From an uncultured Chlamydiae bacterium (lineage in GTDB: Bacteria; Chlamydiota; Chlamydiia; Chlamydiales; SM23-39), in contig CAWHDP010000002.1 in assembly GCA_963828125.1 (NCBI GenBank), positions 1,536,001-1,600,000 on the forward strand: 64,000 bases of DNA. The letters run 5' to 3'. Under the pieces are notes generated by a model. The model did not search any database. It was not told where the DNA came from and saw only the letters and a program-made list of their open reading frames with translations. Below, one piece after another: positions 1 through 8,089 of this stretch. Positions within the stretch are counted from its first letter, which is position 1, and every line of letters begins with the position of its first letter. The translations under genes and the position numbers were made by a program.

Positions 1-287
1 GTATCGCCCTGCACCAACAATAAGTCGGGTTTCACCTCGATCAACACCTTTTTTAAACCGGTGAGGACGGAGGTGGTGATTTCAGTTAGACTCTGGCCCG
101 GCCTCATGATGTTCAGATCGTAATCGGCTTTGATCTGAAATAGACTCATAAAAGGGTCGAGCATTTGCCGATGTTGCCCAGTGACACAGACGAAGGATTC
201 TATGCCTCGGACCTCCTTTAAGCGGCTCACGACGGGGGCCATTTTAATCGTTTCCGGCCTAGTTCCAAATACGGAGAGAATTCTCAT
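1..287 (-). CDS. wecB: UDP-N-acetylglucosamine 2-epimerase (non-hydrolysing), 5' part; runs off window
   Basis: Own translation of the minus strand from ATG 287: MRILSVFGTRPETIKMAPVV...VCVTGQHRQMLD...LLLVQGDT, carrying the GTRPE, TGQH and QGDT motifs. Not in the ORF track. Confidence 0.95.
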   Translation of the reverse strand, partial: MRILSVFGTRPETIKMAPVVSRLKEVRGIESFVCVTGQHRQMLDPFMSLFQIKADYDLNIMRPGQSLTEITTSVLTGLKKVLIEVKPDLLLVQGD

Positions 288-344
288 GGCTCATAGGATA
301 AAGGCCAAACGGATCCAAGTAAAGGGCTTTTCTTCCGATCGAGT

Positions 345-392
345 TATACTGCGGCCACCCCAAATTCACACTTTTGGGGTGGCCGCAGTATA
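345..392. repeat. 48-bp palindromic miniature element (MITE/REP-like), copy 1
   Basis: TATACTGCGGCCACCCCAAA-TTCACACT-TTTGGGGTGGCCGCAGTATA has perfect 20-bp arms. It recurs at 38384-38431 and partially at 22624-22653. Confidence 0.9.
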
Positions 393-455
393 TACCAACA
401 TGGCTTCGCTATCGGGTTCAGGATCTGAGTGAGCGGATCGCGTCCTTTGCTGATC

Positions 456-1382
456 TCACTCTTTCTCGACGTCCCAAGTCTTTACTGCCGCCTGAAAAAG
501 CCTGTCGTTCTGTTCATTGAGAAGGTGGATACGAGAGATCGGTCTCGCCATTCTCTGCAGCGGCTTATCACAAGTCCTGAAGTTAACTACAGGGTATGTA
601 TACGGTATACCACGGTTCGACATTGTGGCTCCCCTGATAGTTATTGAGTGAAATGTTTTTCCATTATCTTTTTCATTAAGGAGAATAAATCCTTGAATAG
701 TTTTGCCTAACAATGTCGAATACTCTGCTAGAACACCCCTCTTCTTGGGGCAACTTGTATAATCTGGCTCTACCCTGACGGTTGTGCAATTTTTAGAATT
801 GGAAATTGAACGAATTTCTTTGCAGTCTGACTCAGGATGTGAGGGAGCGGTCTGCTTGGTCTTTGAAGTGGATGGGGGCTCCTCGCACCACGGCTTCGCC
901 CACCACGGATTATTTTTTGCTGCCCCCGTTAACACATCTTGAATGATGTTATAAAAGTCTAAATTAAGGTGTTTGTCTTTAAGTTTGATAAGAGTGGCTC
1001 GTACATTTTTACGATGAACTCCCTCATTGAATGTAACTATAGGGACATAGGTCGATACTCCACCACCAGAAATTTTTTTCTGAATTCTGACCTTTATATA
1101 GGAGCGAGTCCCATCAGAAAAAAGAGGAATAGAACCCTCCGTCTGATTTAATCGATTGTAATAAATGGCTTGAATAGTTGGTTTCCCGTACACATGATTT
1201 GCCGTTAAGGCGATCTTTATTGCTTGGCGGGCCGCTTTCATCAATTCACCAGAGCTTTGTCCGTCTGCGGCAACGCCCGATCGCCTCTCCTCCTCGCCCA
1301 TAGCTATCGCTTTTGACGATAAGCTTTCGATGACTCCCATGCTACTGTCACGTGCTGATAAATGATTCATATCGATCCTCAA
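456..1382 (-). CDS. hypothetical protein, possible internal domain duplication
   Basis: 308-aa ORF in an AT-richer segment. The start is uncertain and no family was recognised. Confidence 0.7.
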   Translation of the reverse strand: MRIDMNHLSARDSSMGVIESLSSKAIAMGEEERRSGVAADGQSSGELMKAARQAIKIALTANHVYGKPTIQAIYYNRLNQTEGSIPLFSDGTRSYIKVRIQKKISGGGVSTYVPIVTFNEGVHRKNVRATLIKLKDKHLNLDFYNIIQDVLTGAAKNNPWWAKPWCEEPPSTSKTKQTAPSHPESDCKEIRSISNSKNCTTVRVEPDYTSCPKKRGVLAEYSTLLGKTIQGFILLNEKDNGKTFHSITIRGATMSNRGIPYTYPVVNFRTCDKPLQRMARPISRIHLLNEQNDRLFQAAVKTWDVEKE

Positions 1383-1478
1383 TGAAATGACTGGCCCATA
1401 GCGATATAAATTCGAGGCTCATGCATCGCATTCCCGTTTATATCGGAGGGAGTTGCACCACCCCCTCTTCGGAAAAAT

Positions 1479-1742
1479 TTAGTGGCTGAAATGAACCGCT
1501 GCCCAGATCGCGGTCACCAGCCCAACCGTGACACACAACAAGGAACAACCAAAAGCTGCGCATGACATGCGTCTGGGCTCCGGCTGTGGCTGTACGTTGG
1601 CGGTTGGTAATAGATCCTCCTGACCCATCATTCCCGCACATCCGACGATGCAGCGACCTAATCGTTCAGAGATTGACGGCGCCGCATTTGGGGCAGGCGG
1701 AGGGGCATTTTGGATGGGTACGTAGCGTGCATTGGCTATCAT
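1479..1742 (-). CDS. small hypothetical protein with C-terminal hydrophobic segment
   Basis: 87 aa with a Pro-rich N-terminus and C-terminal TM. An AAAGGA RBS and a sigma70-like promoter lie upstream. Confidence 0.6.
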   Translation of the reverse strand: MIANARYVPIQNAPPPAPNAAPSISERLGRCIVGCAGMMGQEDLLPTANVQPQPEPRRMSCAAFGCSLLCVTVGLVTAIWAAVHFSH

Positions 1743-1774
1743 GACATTTTATTCCTTTGTTTGTTATAGTGTAA

Positions 1775-1804
1775 ATTATATCGTTTACTATAAATTATGT
1801 TCAA
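1775..1804 (-). promoter_or_regulatory. sigma70/sigma66-like promoter for the 87-aa ORF
   Basis: Minus strand reads TTGAAC-N18-TATAAT. Confidence 0.5.
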
Positions 1805-1833
1805 TTATTTTTATGTAAATTTTTAAAACCAGT

Positions 1834-1861
1834 TATACCGCCATTGGCCAATGGCGGTATA
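1834..1861. repeat. 28-bp perfect palindrome with TATAC...GTATA ends (possible terminator or miniature element)
   Basis: TATACCGCCATTGGCCAATGGCGGTATA, 10 bp downstream of the wzt stop. Confidence 0.75.
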
Positions 1862-1871
1862 TCCCTGACAT

Positions 1872-2627
1872 TCAAGACATTCCTCCATTCCGAACCCTAT
1901 AGTCTGCAAGGACCTCTTCCAGCCCCCCAAACTGTGTGACAGAGCCCTGCTCAAGCCAAAGGGCTTTATTGCACAATTCTTTAGCGATATGGGTATCGTG
2001 GGTTGAGAGGACAACCACTTCGGCTTGATGGACGAAGCGGCTCATTCGGGCCTTGGCTTTTTCGAGAAATTGGGCGTCGCCGACGCCGATGATCTCGTCG
2101 ATGAGCAAAATATCTGCAAAAACGTTGGTGGCGATCCCGAATCCGAGTCGGATTTTCATCCCTGCCGAATAGGATTTGACCGGCATCCCCATAAAATGGC
2201 CGAGTTCGGCGAATTCTTCGATTTCAGGGATGATTTTCCGGATTTCTGTTTTACAGAGGCCGAGGATGAGTCCTCGGAGCCAGATGTTTTCGTAGCCGTT
2301 GAGTTCGGGATCCATCCCCATCATGACGTCGAAGAGACAATTGATTTTTCCTTGCATTCGGACGATTCCCCGGGTCGGTTCATAGATTTGGGCGAGCACT
2401 TTCAAAAGGGTCGATTTTCCCGCTCCATTGGGGCCGATTAAGGCGACTCGATCCCCTCTTTCGAGCTTGAAGCTCACATTTTTTAGCGCCTCTACGAAGA
2501 TCCGGTTTTGATTGACGGCTAAGCGGCTGGCTGTCGCTAGGCGGAGAAGGCTCTTTTTCAACGAACGGGAGTCTCCGCCGTAGATGGGGTAGGAGAGGGA
2601 GACGTTTTGGAGTTCAACGGAGGCCAT
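1872..2627 (-). CDS. wzt: polysaccharide ABC exporter ATP-binding subunit (Wzt/RfbB type)
   Basis: Walker A GPNGAGKST, signature YSAGM, Walker B ILLIDE. Start re-placed at MASVEL (2627), where it overlaps the wzm stop. Confidence 0.9.
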   Translation of the reverse strand: MASVELQNVSLSYPIYGGDSRSLKKSLLRLATASRLAVNQNRIFVEALKNVSFKLERGDRVALIGPNGAGKSTLLKVLAQIYEPTRGIVRMQGKINCLFDVMMGMDPELNGYENIWLRGLILGLCKTEIRKIIPEIEEFAELGHFMGMPVKSYSAGMKIRLGFGIATNVFADILLIDEIIGVGDAQFLEKAKARMSRFVHQAEVVVLSTHDTHIAKELCNKALWLEQGSVTQFGGLEEVLADYRVRNGGMS

Positions 2628-3409
2628 CAGTCGACCCAAAATACGATGCGAGGGCGTAGGGCGGAGAAGAGGGCGAGGGTAAGGGACGAGCCGATGAGGG
2701 CTAGGACTCCGCAGACGAGCCAGCTCGAAAGGGAGGGCGCGGCGCCGAGAAGGGGCGAACGGACGAGGTCGAGAAAATAGACGAACGGATTGAACCGCAG
2801 CCAGGCGGAGTGGGTATTGAGGAGTCGAGGCATCCAAGAAACGGGGGTGGTAAAGAAGGCGATTTGCATGCAGGCGGCGATCATTGGGATCATATCGCGA
2901 TAGCGGGTCGAGACCATTGCTGAGAGGAGACACACCCAGTACAAGTTGGCGAGGAGGAGAAGGAACCCGGGGATGGCTAAAAGGGAGGTTAGGCCAGGGT
3001 TTTTTTGGAAATAGAGGCAAACGAGGAGGTAGACGGCGGAGTTGTGGAGTAAACAGATCGATTGGCGGACGAGATGTTTGAAAATATAGAGGTTATACGG
3101 GAGGCGGCTTTGCTTAATGAACGGGCTGTTCGATTTAAAAATATCTCCGCTTTCAATGAGCGTGTTTGAGATGAATGTCCAAAAGAGATACCCAGCTGTG
3201 AAAAAGGGGACATATTCGTCAAGGCTCTCTTGAAAAAGCTGGCTGAAGACGAGGCTCATCATCGAAATAAAAAGGAGCATGCTGATGGTGAGCCACCAAG
3301 GTCCGAGAAGAGAGCGGCGATAGCGCTGCAAGAGCTCCATCCAGCCGAGATGGAGCCAAAGTCTATACTGGCGGAGCCCTTGGGTGAAATCATCGCAGGC
3401 TAAGCGCAT
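2627..3409 (-). CDS. wzm: polysaccharide ABC exporter permease (Wzm type)
   Basis: RYRRSLLGPWW and FFTTPVSW...FNPF motifs, multi-TM. Start re-placed at MRLACDD. Confidence 0.9.
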   Translation of the reverse strand: MRLACDDFTQGLRQYRLWLHLGWMELLQRYRRSLLGPWWLTISMLLFISMMSLVFSQLFQESLDEYVPFFTAGYLFWTFISNTLIESGDIFKSNSPFIKQSRLPYNLYIFKHLVRQSICLLHNSAVYLLVCLYFQKNPGLTSLLAIPGFLLLLANLYWVCLLSAMVSTRYRDMIPMIAACMQIAFFTTPVSWMPRLLNTHSAWLRFNPFVYFLDLVRSPLLGAAPSLSSWLVCGVLALIGSSLTLALFSALRPRIVFWVD

Positions 3410-4539
3410 CCGAGCCACTCGATGAGTTGACGGGCGCGGGAAGACCAGTCGAGGGTGGCGGCGTAGTCGCGGCACATCGACGGGTTCGGAGATCGGAGAG
3501 CGTCGGAAATGGCGGAGCGGAACTCTTCTACGGAGCTGCAGAGGTGGGCGGGGGAGCCGATGTTTTCAAGCTCTTGCCAGCGGGTTGCGACGGTTGGAAG
3601 TCCTGAGGCCATGTATTCGTAGAGTTTGAGGGGGTTGACGTTGTGGATGAGGTCTGGATATTTGCGGACGTTGAAGGGGATAAGTCCCACATCTGCGTGC
3701 TGGAGATATTGGGGGATTTCAGAATAGGGCCTGGGGCCTAAGAGATGGATGTTTTTGTACTGTTCGAACCGGTTTTGTTTGGCAGGGCCGATCAGTACAA
3801 ACGAGATATGGGGCATTTGCTCAGCGAGGCTTTTCAGAGTCTGATCATCGAACCAATAGTCGATCGCTCCAACGTAGATGGCAATCGGTTTGGAGATGTT
3901 TTTCAGCTCGGCAGGCATTGGGGCGGACTTGGCAAAATGGGCGAGCGGCACCCCATTCGGGAGATGAACGGGGCAGACGCCCTGACTCCTCACCGAATCG
4001 ACGAGGGTCTTAGCGGTGCAGACGACGAGATCGACTTTTTTGATGAGCTCTTTTTCGAGATTGAGAAGCGCGGGGGTCGATTTTTTAAAGCCGGCGTTTT
4101 GGTCGGCGATCCGGAAGATTGTTTTACGGGCTTTGATTTCGTCGATCCAAAACGATTGGACGGCCGTGTCAAGATAGAGGATGTCGACTTCGTGAAACCC
4201 GTTCTGTCCGACCCTCTTCAAAGCAGAGGGGAACGTGAATCTGTGCCAATGGCGGAAGACCCATTCAGAGCGAAGCCAAGAGATGGGGTGGGGCGGAAGC
4301 AGAGTCAATGGGACATAGGCCCAGAGACGCCCCTCTTTAAGGCCTCCCGATCGATAGATCTCAAAGCGGCTTTGCAGCTCTTCGGCGCCTCCCAAAAAAT
4401 GGAGGGGGGAGATCGGATCGGAAAGATAGGCGATTTCGTAGCCGAGTTTAACAAACTCGCGCGCCAGATGGTGGCTGCCGACTTGAAAGACCGACGTCCA
4501 TGGATTAGAGCAAGCCATGAGAATTTTTTTCGAAGCCAT
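3400..4539 (-). CDS. glycosyltransferase, GT-B fold (TuaH/GumK-like)
   Basis: YVGAIDYWFD, ADVGLIPF and NPLKLYEYMASGLP motifs. Start re-placed at MASKKIL. Confidence 0.88.
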   Translation of the reverse strand: MASKKILMACSNPWTSVFQVGSHHLAREFVKLGYEIAYLSDPISPLHFLGGAEELQSRFEIYRSGGLKEGRLWAYVPLTLLPPHPISWLRSEWVFRHWHRFTFPSALKRVGQNGFHEVDILYLDTAVQSFWIDEIKARKTIFRIADQNAGFKKSTPALLNLEKELIKKVDLVVCTAKTLVDSVRSQGVCPVHLPNGVPLAHFAKSAPMPAELKNISKPIAIYVGAIDYWFDDQTLKSLAEQMPHISFVLIGPAKQNRFEQYKNIHLLGPRPYSEIPQYLQHADVGLIPFNVRKYPDLIHNVNPLKLYEYMASGLPTVATRWQELENIGSPAHLCSSVEEFRSAISDALRSPNPSMCRDYAATLDWSSRARQLIEWLGCA

Positions 4540-4587
4540 GCCGAGAAGGATAGCACAATTGGCCGATTCATGGTATAAACTCTCACT

Positions 4588-5586
4588 ATGTTTGATCTTT
4601 GCATTGATGCACGCATGGCTTTTTCTTCCGGTATCGGAACTTACATCCGCGAGATCGTCCCCTATTTTCTCGGCTCCCCTTTCCGAACAGTGCTGCTTGT
4701 CGATCAACCAGGGAGCCCTTGGTGTAAAGAGTTCGATCAGATCGCCTTCAAAGCCCCGGTCTATTCCATCCGAGAGCAGCTTCTCTATCCGCTCAAAATC
4801 CCCTCCGTCGATCTTTTTTGGTCGCCTCATTACAATGTGCCTCTCCTCCCCATTCGGGCCGCAAAGCGGATTGTTACAATCCACGACGTATGCCATTTGG
4901 CGCTCGGATCGGGCCTTCAAAAATTCTATGCGAAATCGGTCATGGGTTTTGCTCTCCGGAGATCTGACAAAGCCATCACCGTCTCCCAGTTTTCCAAACG
5001 GGAGATTGAAAAATATCTGGGCTTGGGCCCGTTGGAGATGATCCCGATCGGCGTCAATGCGGCCCGCTTCTCTGCTCAATCTGGTTCCGATTGGGATCTA
5101 GTGCGGAAAAAATACCGTTTGCCAGATCGATTTGTCCTTTTTGTCGGCAATAACAAGCCCCATAAAAATTTAAAGAGGCTCGCCCGCGCTTTTACTCAAG
5201 TCAACATCCCCGGTCTAGAACTCGTCATGGCGGGCCAAGGGACTCCGACAGGGCCCGTCGAAGAGAGGGATCTCCCCGTCCTTTACAGGATGGCTGAGGC
5301 GTTTGTTTTCCCTTCTCTCTACGAGGGGTTTGGCTTGCCGCCTCTTGAGGCGATGGCCTCAGGGTGCCCGACCGCCGTTTCAAGAGCCGCCAGCATGCCC
5401 GAAGTGTGCGGCGACGGGAGCCTTTATTTTGATCCAACGAATGAGGAGGAAATGGCTAGGGCCATTCGGGAAGCGGTCGGGAACCTGCCGCTGGTTGAGC
5501 GAGGATTTGCGAGGGTGAAACAATTGAATTGGGAAAAAACGGCGGCGAGCCACATCCAGGTCTTTGAAGAGGTGTGCTGTGCGTAG
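4588..5586 (+). CDS. glycosyltransferase family 4 (MtfB/WbpY-like, probable mannosyltransferase)
   Basis: SGIGTY, VTIHD, KPHKN and FPSLYEGFGLPPLEAMASG motifs. Confidence 0.9.
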   Translation: MFDLCIDARMAFSSGIGTYIREIVPYFLGSPFRTVLLVDQPGSPWCKEFDQIAFKAPVYSIREQLLYPLKIPSVDLFWSPHYNVPLLPIRAAKRIVTIHDVCHLALGSGLQKFYAKSVMGFALRRSDKAITVSQFSKREIEKYLGLGPLEMIPIGVNAARFSAQSGSDWDLVRKKYRLPDRFVLFVGNNKPHKNLKRLARAFTQVNIPGLELVMAGQGTPTGPVEERDLPVLYRMAEAFVFPSLYEGFGLPPLEAMASGCPTAVSRAASMPEVCGDGSLYFDPTNEEEMARAIREAVGNLPLVERGFARVKQLNWEKTAASHIQVFEEVCCA

Positions 5587-6670
5587 CGCGATCGTCCACG
5601 ATTGGCTCCTCTCAGGAGCCGGCGGAGGGGAGAAGGTGCTCCAGGCGATCCACCGCCTTTTTCCCTCGCCGATTTATACGCTCGTACAAAATCAAGCGGA
5701 GTTGAAAGGGACCTATTTTCAAGATCTCCAGATTCACTCCTCTTTTATCCAAAATTTGTTTAGAGCGGAAAAAAAATATAAAAGCTACCTCCCCCTTTTT
5801 CCGCTCGCTATCGAGCATTTCGACTTAAGGCAATACGATGTGGTTCTCTCCTCTTCCCACTGCGCTGCGAAGGGGGTGATCACATCGCCCGATCAGATCC
5901 ATATCTGCTATTGCCATACCCCGATGCGCTACGCATGGGATCTCATGCACGATTATCTCCGAGAGACGAAATTAGATCAGGGCGTGAAAGGTTTTTTCGC
6001 CAAGCTGATTTTGCACTATCTCCGGGGCTGGGACGTCCATACAGCTCACCGGGTCGACCATTTCATCGCCAATTCGGACTATGTGGCAAGGCGGATCAAG
6101 AAATTCTATAGCAGAAGCTCAACGGTCATCTACCCGCCCGTCGATCTTACCCTCTTCCAAGAACAGCCGAACAAAGAGCCGTTTTATCTCACCGCATCGA
6201 GAATGGTCCCCTACAAACGGATCGATCTCATCGTCGAGGCGTTTTCCAAGATGCCCGATCAGAAACTCGTCGTGATCGGCGATGGCCCCGAATGGAAAAA
6301 AGTGAAGGCAAAAGCGGGGAAAAATATCGAGCTTCTCGGTTTTCAGCCCGATTTCGTGTTGAAAGAATTCATGCAAAGGGCGAAAGGATTCGTCTTTGCA
6401 GCTGTCGAAGATTTTGGCATTATTCCCGTCGAGGCAATGGCCTCTGGCACACCGGTGATCGCCTTTGGCAAAGGGGGCGTGTGCGAGACGGTAATCGATG
6501 GGAAGACGGGCCATTTTTACCCGGAGCAGACGCTCAACGCCCTCATCGAAGCGATCCGTTTTTTTGAGAAAAGAGAGTGGGATTCGGGGGAGTGCCGAAA
6601 AAGGGCTGAGATGTTTTCCTCCGAGAGGTTTAATCTCCAATTTGGGGATTTCATACGGAGTAAAATATGA
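5579..6670 (+). CDS. glycosyltransferase family 4 (WbaZ-like mannosyltransferase)
   Basis: AIVHDWL..GGGEKV, CYCHTPMRYAWD and EDFGIIPVEAMASG motifs. GTG start follows a GAGGTG RBS. Confidence 0.9.
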   Translation: MRSAIVHDWLLSGAGGGEKVLQAIHRLFPSPIYTLVQNQAELKGTYFQDLQIHSSFIQNLFRAEKKYKSYLPLFPLAIEHFDLRQYDVVLSSSHCAAKGVITSPDQIHICYCHTPMRYAWDLMHDYLRETKLDQGVKGFFAKLILHYLRGWDVHTAHRVDHFIANSDYVARRIKKFYSRSSTVIYPPVDLTLFQEQPNKEPFYLTASRMVPYKRIDLIVEAFSKMPDQKLVVIGDGPEWKKVKAKAGKNIELLGFQPDFVLKEFMQRAKGFVFAAVEDFGIIPVEAMASGTPVIAFGKGGVCETVIDGKTGHFYPEQTLNALIEAIRFFEKREWDSGECRKRAEMFSSERFNLQFGDFIRSKI

Positions 6671-7692
6671 AGGCTATCGTCCTTGCAGGCGGAGGCGGAA
6701 CGAGGCTTTGGCCCCTTTCGAGGGACGATTTTCCGAAGCAGTTTTTGAGTTTCAACTCTGACGTCTCGCTTTTGCAAAAGACTGTGCAGCGGCTCAAACA
6801 GGCCTCTTTCATCGATCTCGTGGTTGTTTCGACGAATGAACTCCACAGGGCCCTTGTGCAAGAGCAACTGAGTAAAGTGGGGGCCGATTGTCCCATTCTT
6901 GTCGAACCGGTGAGAAGGAATACGGCCCCCGCCATTGCCCTCGCACTGAAAGTGTTAGAAACCGATTACGGCATAGAGAGCGGAGAGAAAGTGCTCGTCG
7001 TCCCCTCGGATCACCTCATCGAGCCCGCCGTGATTTTTCTCAACGCCCTTGAGCAGTTGGAACCGAAGAATCAGATCATCACCTTCGGCGTCCGCCCCAC
7101 CAAACCGGAAATTGGGTACGGGTATATCGAAATCGGCAAAAAATGCGGCCCCCTTACGTTTGAGGCAAAGCGCTTTATCGAAAAACCAGATCTGAAAAGA
7201 GCCGAAAAATATCTCGACAATCCCCATTTTTTTTGGAATTCGGGCATGTTCCTTTTTACCGTGGACACTTTTTGGCGGCAGCTCGGTCTCCACGCCCCTG
7301 AGCTAGCAGCGCTTTTTCAGAGGCCTTTGGGCGAAGCGGTTCAGAAGTTCGACAAGCTGCCCGACCTCTCGATCGACTATGCGGTGATGGAAAAATCAAA
7401 AGAGATCCTCGTCTGCCCGCTTGCTGTTTCCTGGTCGGATGTCGGTTGCTGGGACAGCGTCTATGATGTGATGGAGAAAGATCAGGATCAAAACGTGAAG
7501 ATCGGCCAAGTCCTCGCCATCAATACCACCAATAGCCTCATCATCGGCGGCAAACGGATCATCTCGACCATTGGCCTCGACGATCTCCTCATCGTCGAAA
7601 CTGACGATGCCGTACTCATCAGCAAAAAAGGGGAGTCGCAGAGAGTGAAGGCGCTCTTACAAGAGCTGAAAAATCGCTCCGTCAACAAATAA
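6667..7692 (+). CDS. manC: mannose-1-phosphate guanylyltransferase (no C-terminal PMI cupin)
   Basis: ILAGG-like VLAGGGGTRLWPLSR, PKQF, RNTAPA, PSDH, FIEKP, SIDYAVME and WSDVG motifs. Confidence 0.93.
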   Translation: MKAIVLAGGGGTRLWPLSRDDFPKQFLSFNSDVSLLQKTVQRLKQASFIDLVVVSTNELHRALVQEQLSKVGADCPILVEPVRRNTAPAIALALKVLETDYGIESGEKVLVVPSDHLIEPAVIFLNALEQLEPKNQIITFGVRPTKPEIGYGYIEIGKKCGPLTFEAKRFIEKPDLKRAEKYLDNPHFFWNSGMFLFTVDTFWRQLGLHAPELAALFQRPLGEAVQKFDKLPDLSIDYAVMEKSKEILVCPLAVSWSDVGCWDSVYDVMEKDQDQNVKIGQVLAINTTNSLIIGGKRIISTIGLDDLLIVETDDAVLISKKGESQRVKALLQELKNRSVNK

Positions 7693-7750
7693 ATGTTGAC
7701 CTCATTTCTTTTTTGTTGAAAAATGCCCACTCCTCAAAAAAGGAGTCTTT

Positions 7751-8089
7751 ATGACGACACCCAGCTCTATTTCATTTGTTATAGCCCCTACAACTTTTGG
7801 TCAAGTATATCATTTTAGCATCACCGTTCGATCCCCTCATGATTCCGATATCGATGAAATGGTGAGAAACCTCGCTTCTAGGTTATCGGCGCCGCAGGCT
7901 CAGAGGTGGGAAGCGCAAGGGGCTTTTGCGAACGCTCATCTAGAGTTTGAGTTCGCAATTATGGGGTTGAACAATGACCAGGAAGAGCGCCAAACAACAG
8001 TCATAACCTTAAAGATTATAAATCCGAGCCTTGCGGGGGGTTTTATGTGGAGAAAAACGATGAGGTTCGTATCGATGCGCCTCCCGTAG
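7751..8089 (+). CDS. hypothetical protein
   Basis: 112-aa ORF with an AGGAG RBS. Its 3' end overlaps the glpD 3' end. Confidence 0.55.
   Translation: MTTPSSISFVIAPTTFGQVYHFSITVRSPHDSDIDEMVRNLASRLSAPQAQRWEAQGAFANAHLEFEFAIMGLNNDQEERQTTVITLKIINPSLAGGFMWRKTMRFVSMRLP

Noticed and set aside
345..392. Palindrome as CRISPR repeat or integron attC
   Set aside because: Copies are tens of kb apart with no spacer array, no RYYYAAC/GTTRRRY ends and no integrase in the window.
181..432. 83-aa plus-strand ORF
   Set aside because: Antisense to wecB and runs through the palindromic element.
2628..3020. N-terminal extension of wzt in the ORF track (likewise the 5' extensions of wzm, the 3400-5079 GT, glpK, glpF, mutY, the F-box gene and 58430-60319)
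   Set aside because: The extensions overlap real neighbouring genes or repeats. Family motifs and RBSs point to downstream starts.
3745..4578. 277-aa plus-strand ORF and many other antisense ORFs (e.g. 15575-16207, 16409-16990, 35239-35823)
   Set aside because: Shadow frames of well-supported genes on the opposite strand, with no motifs.
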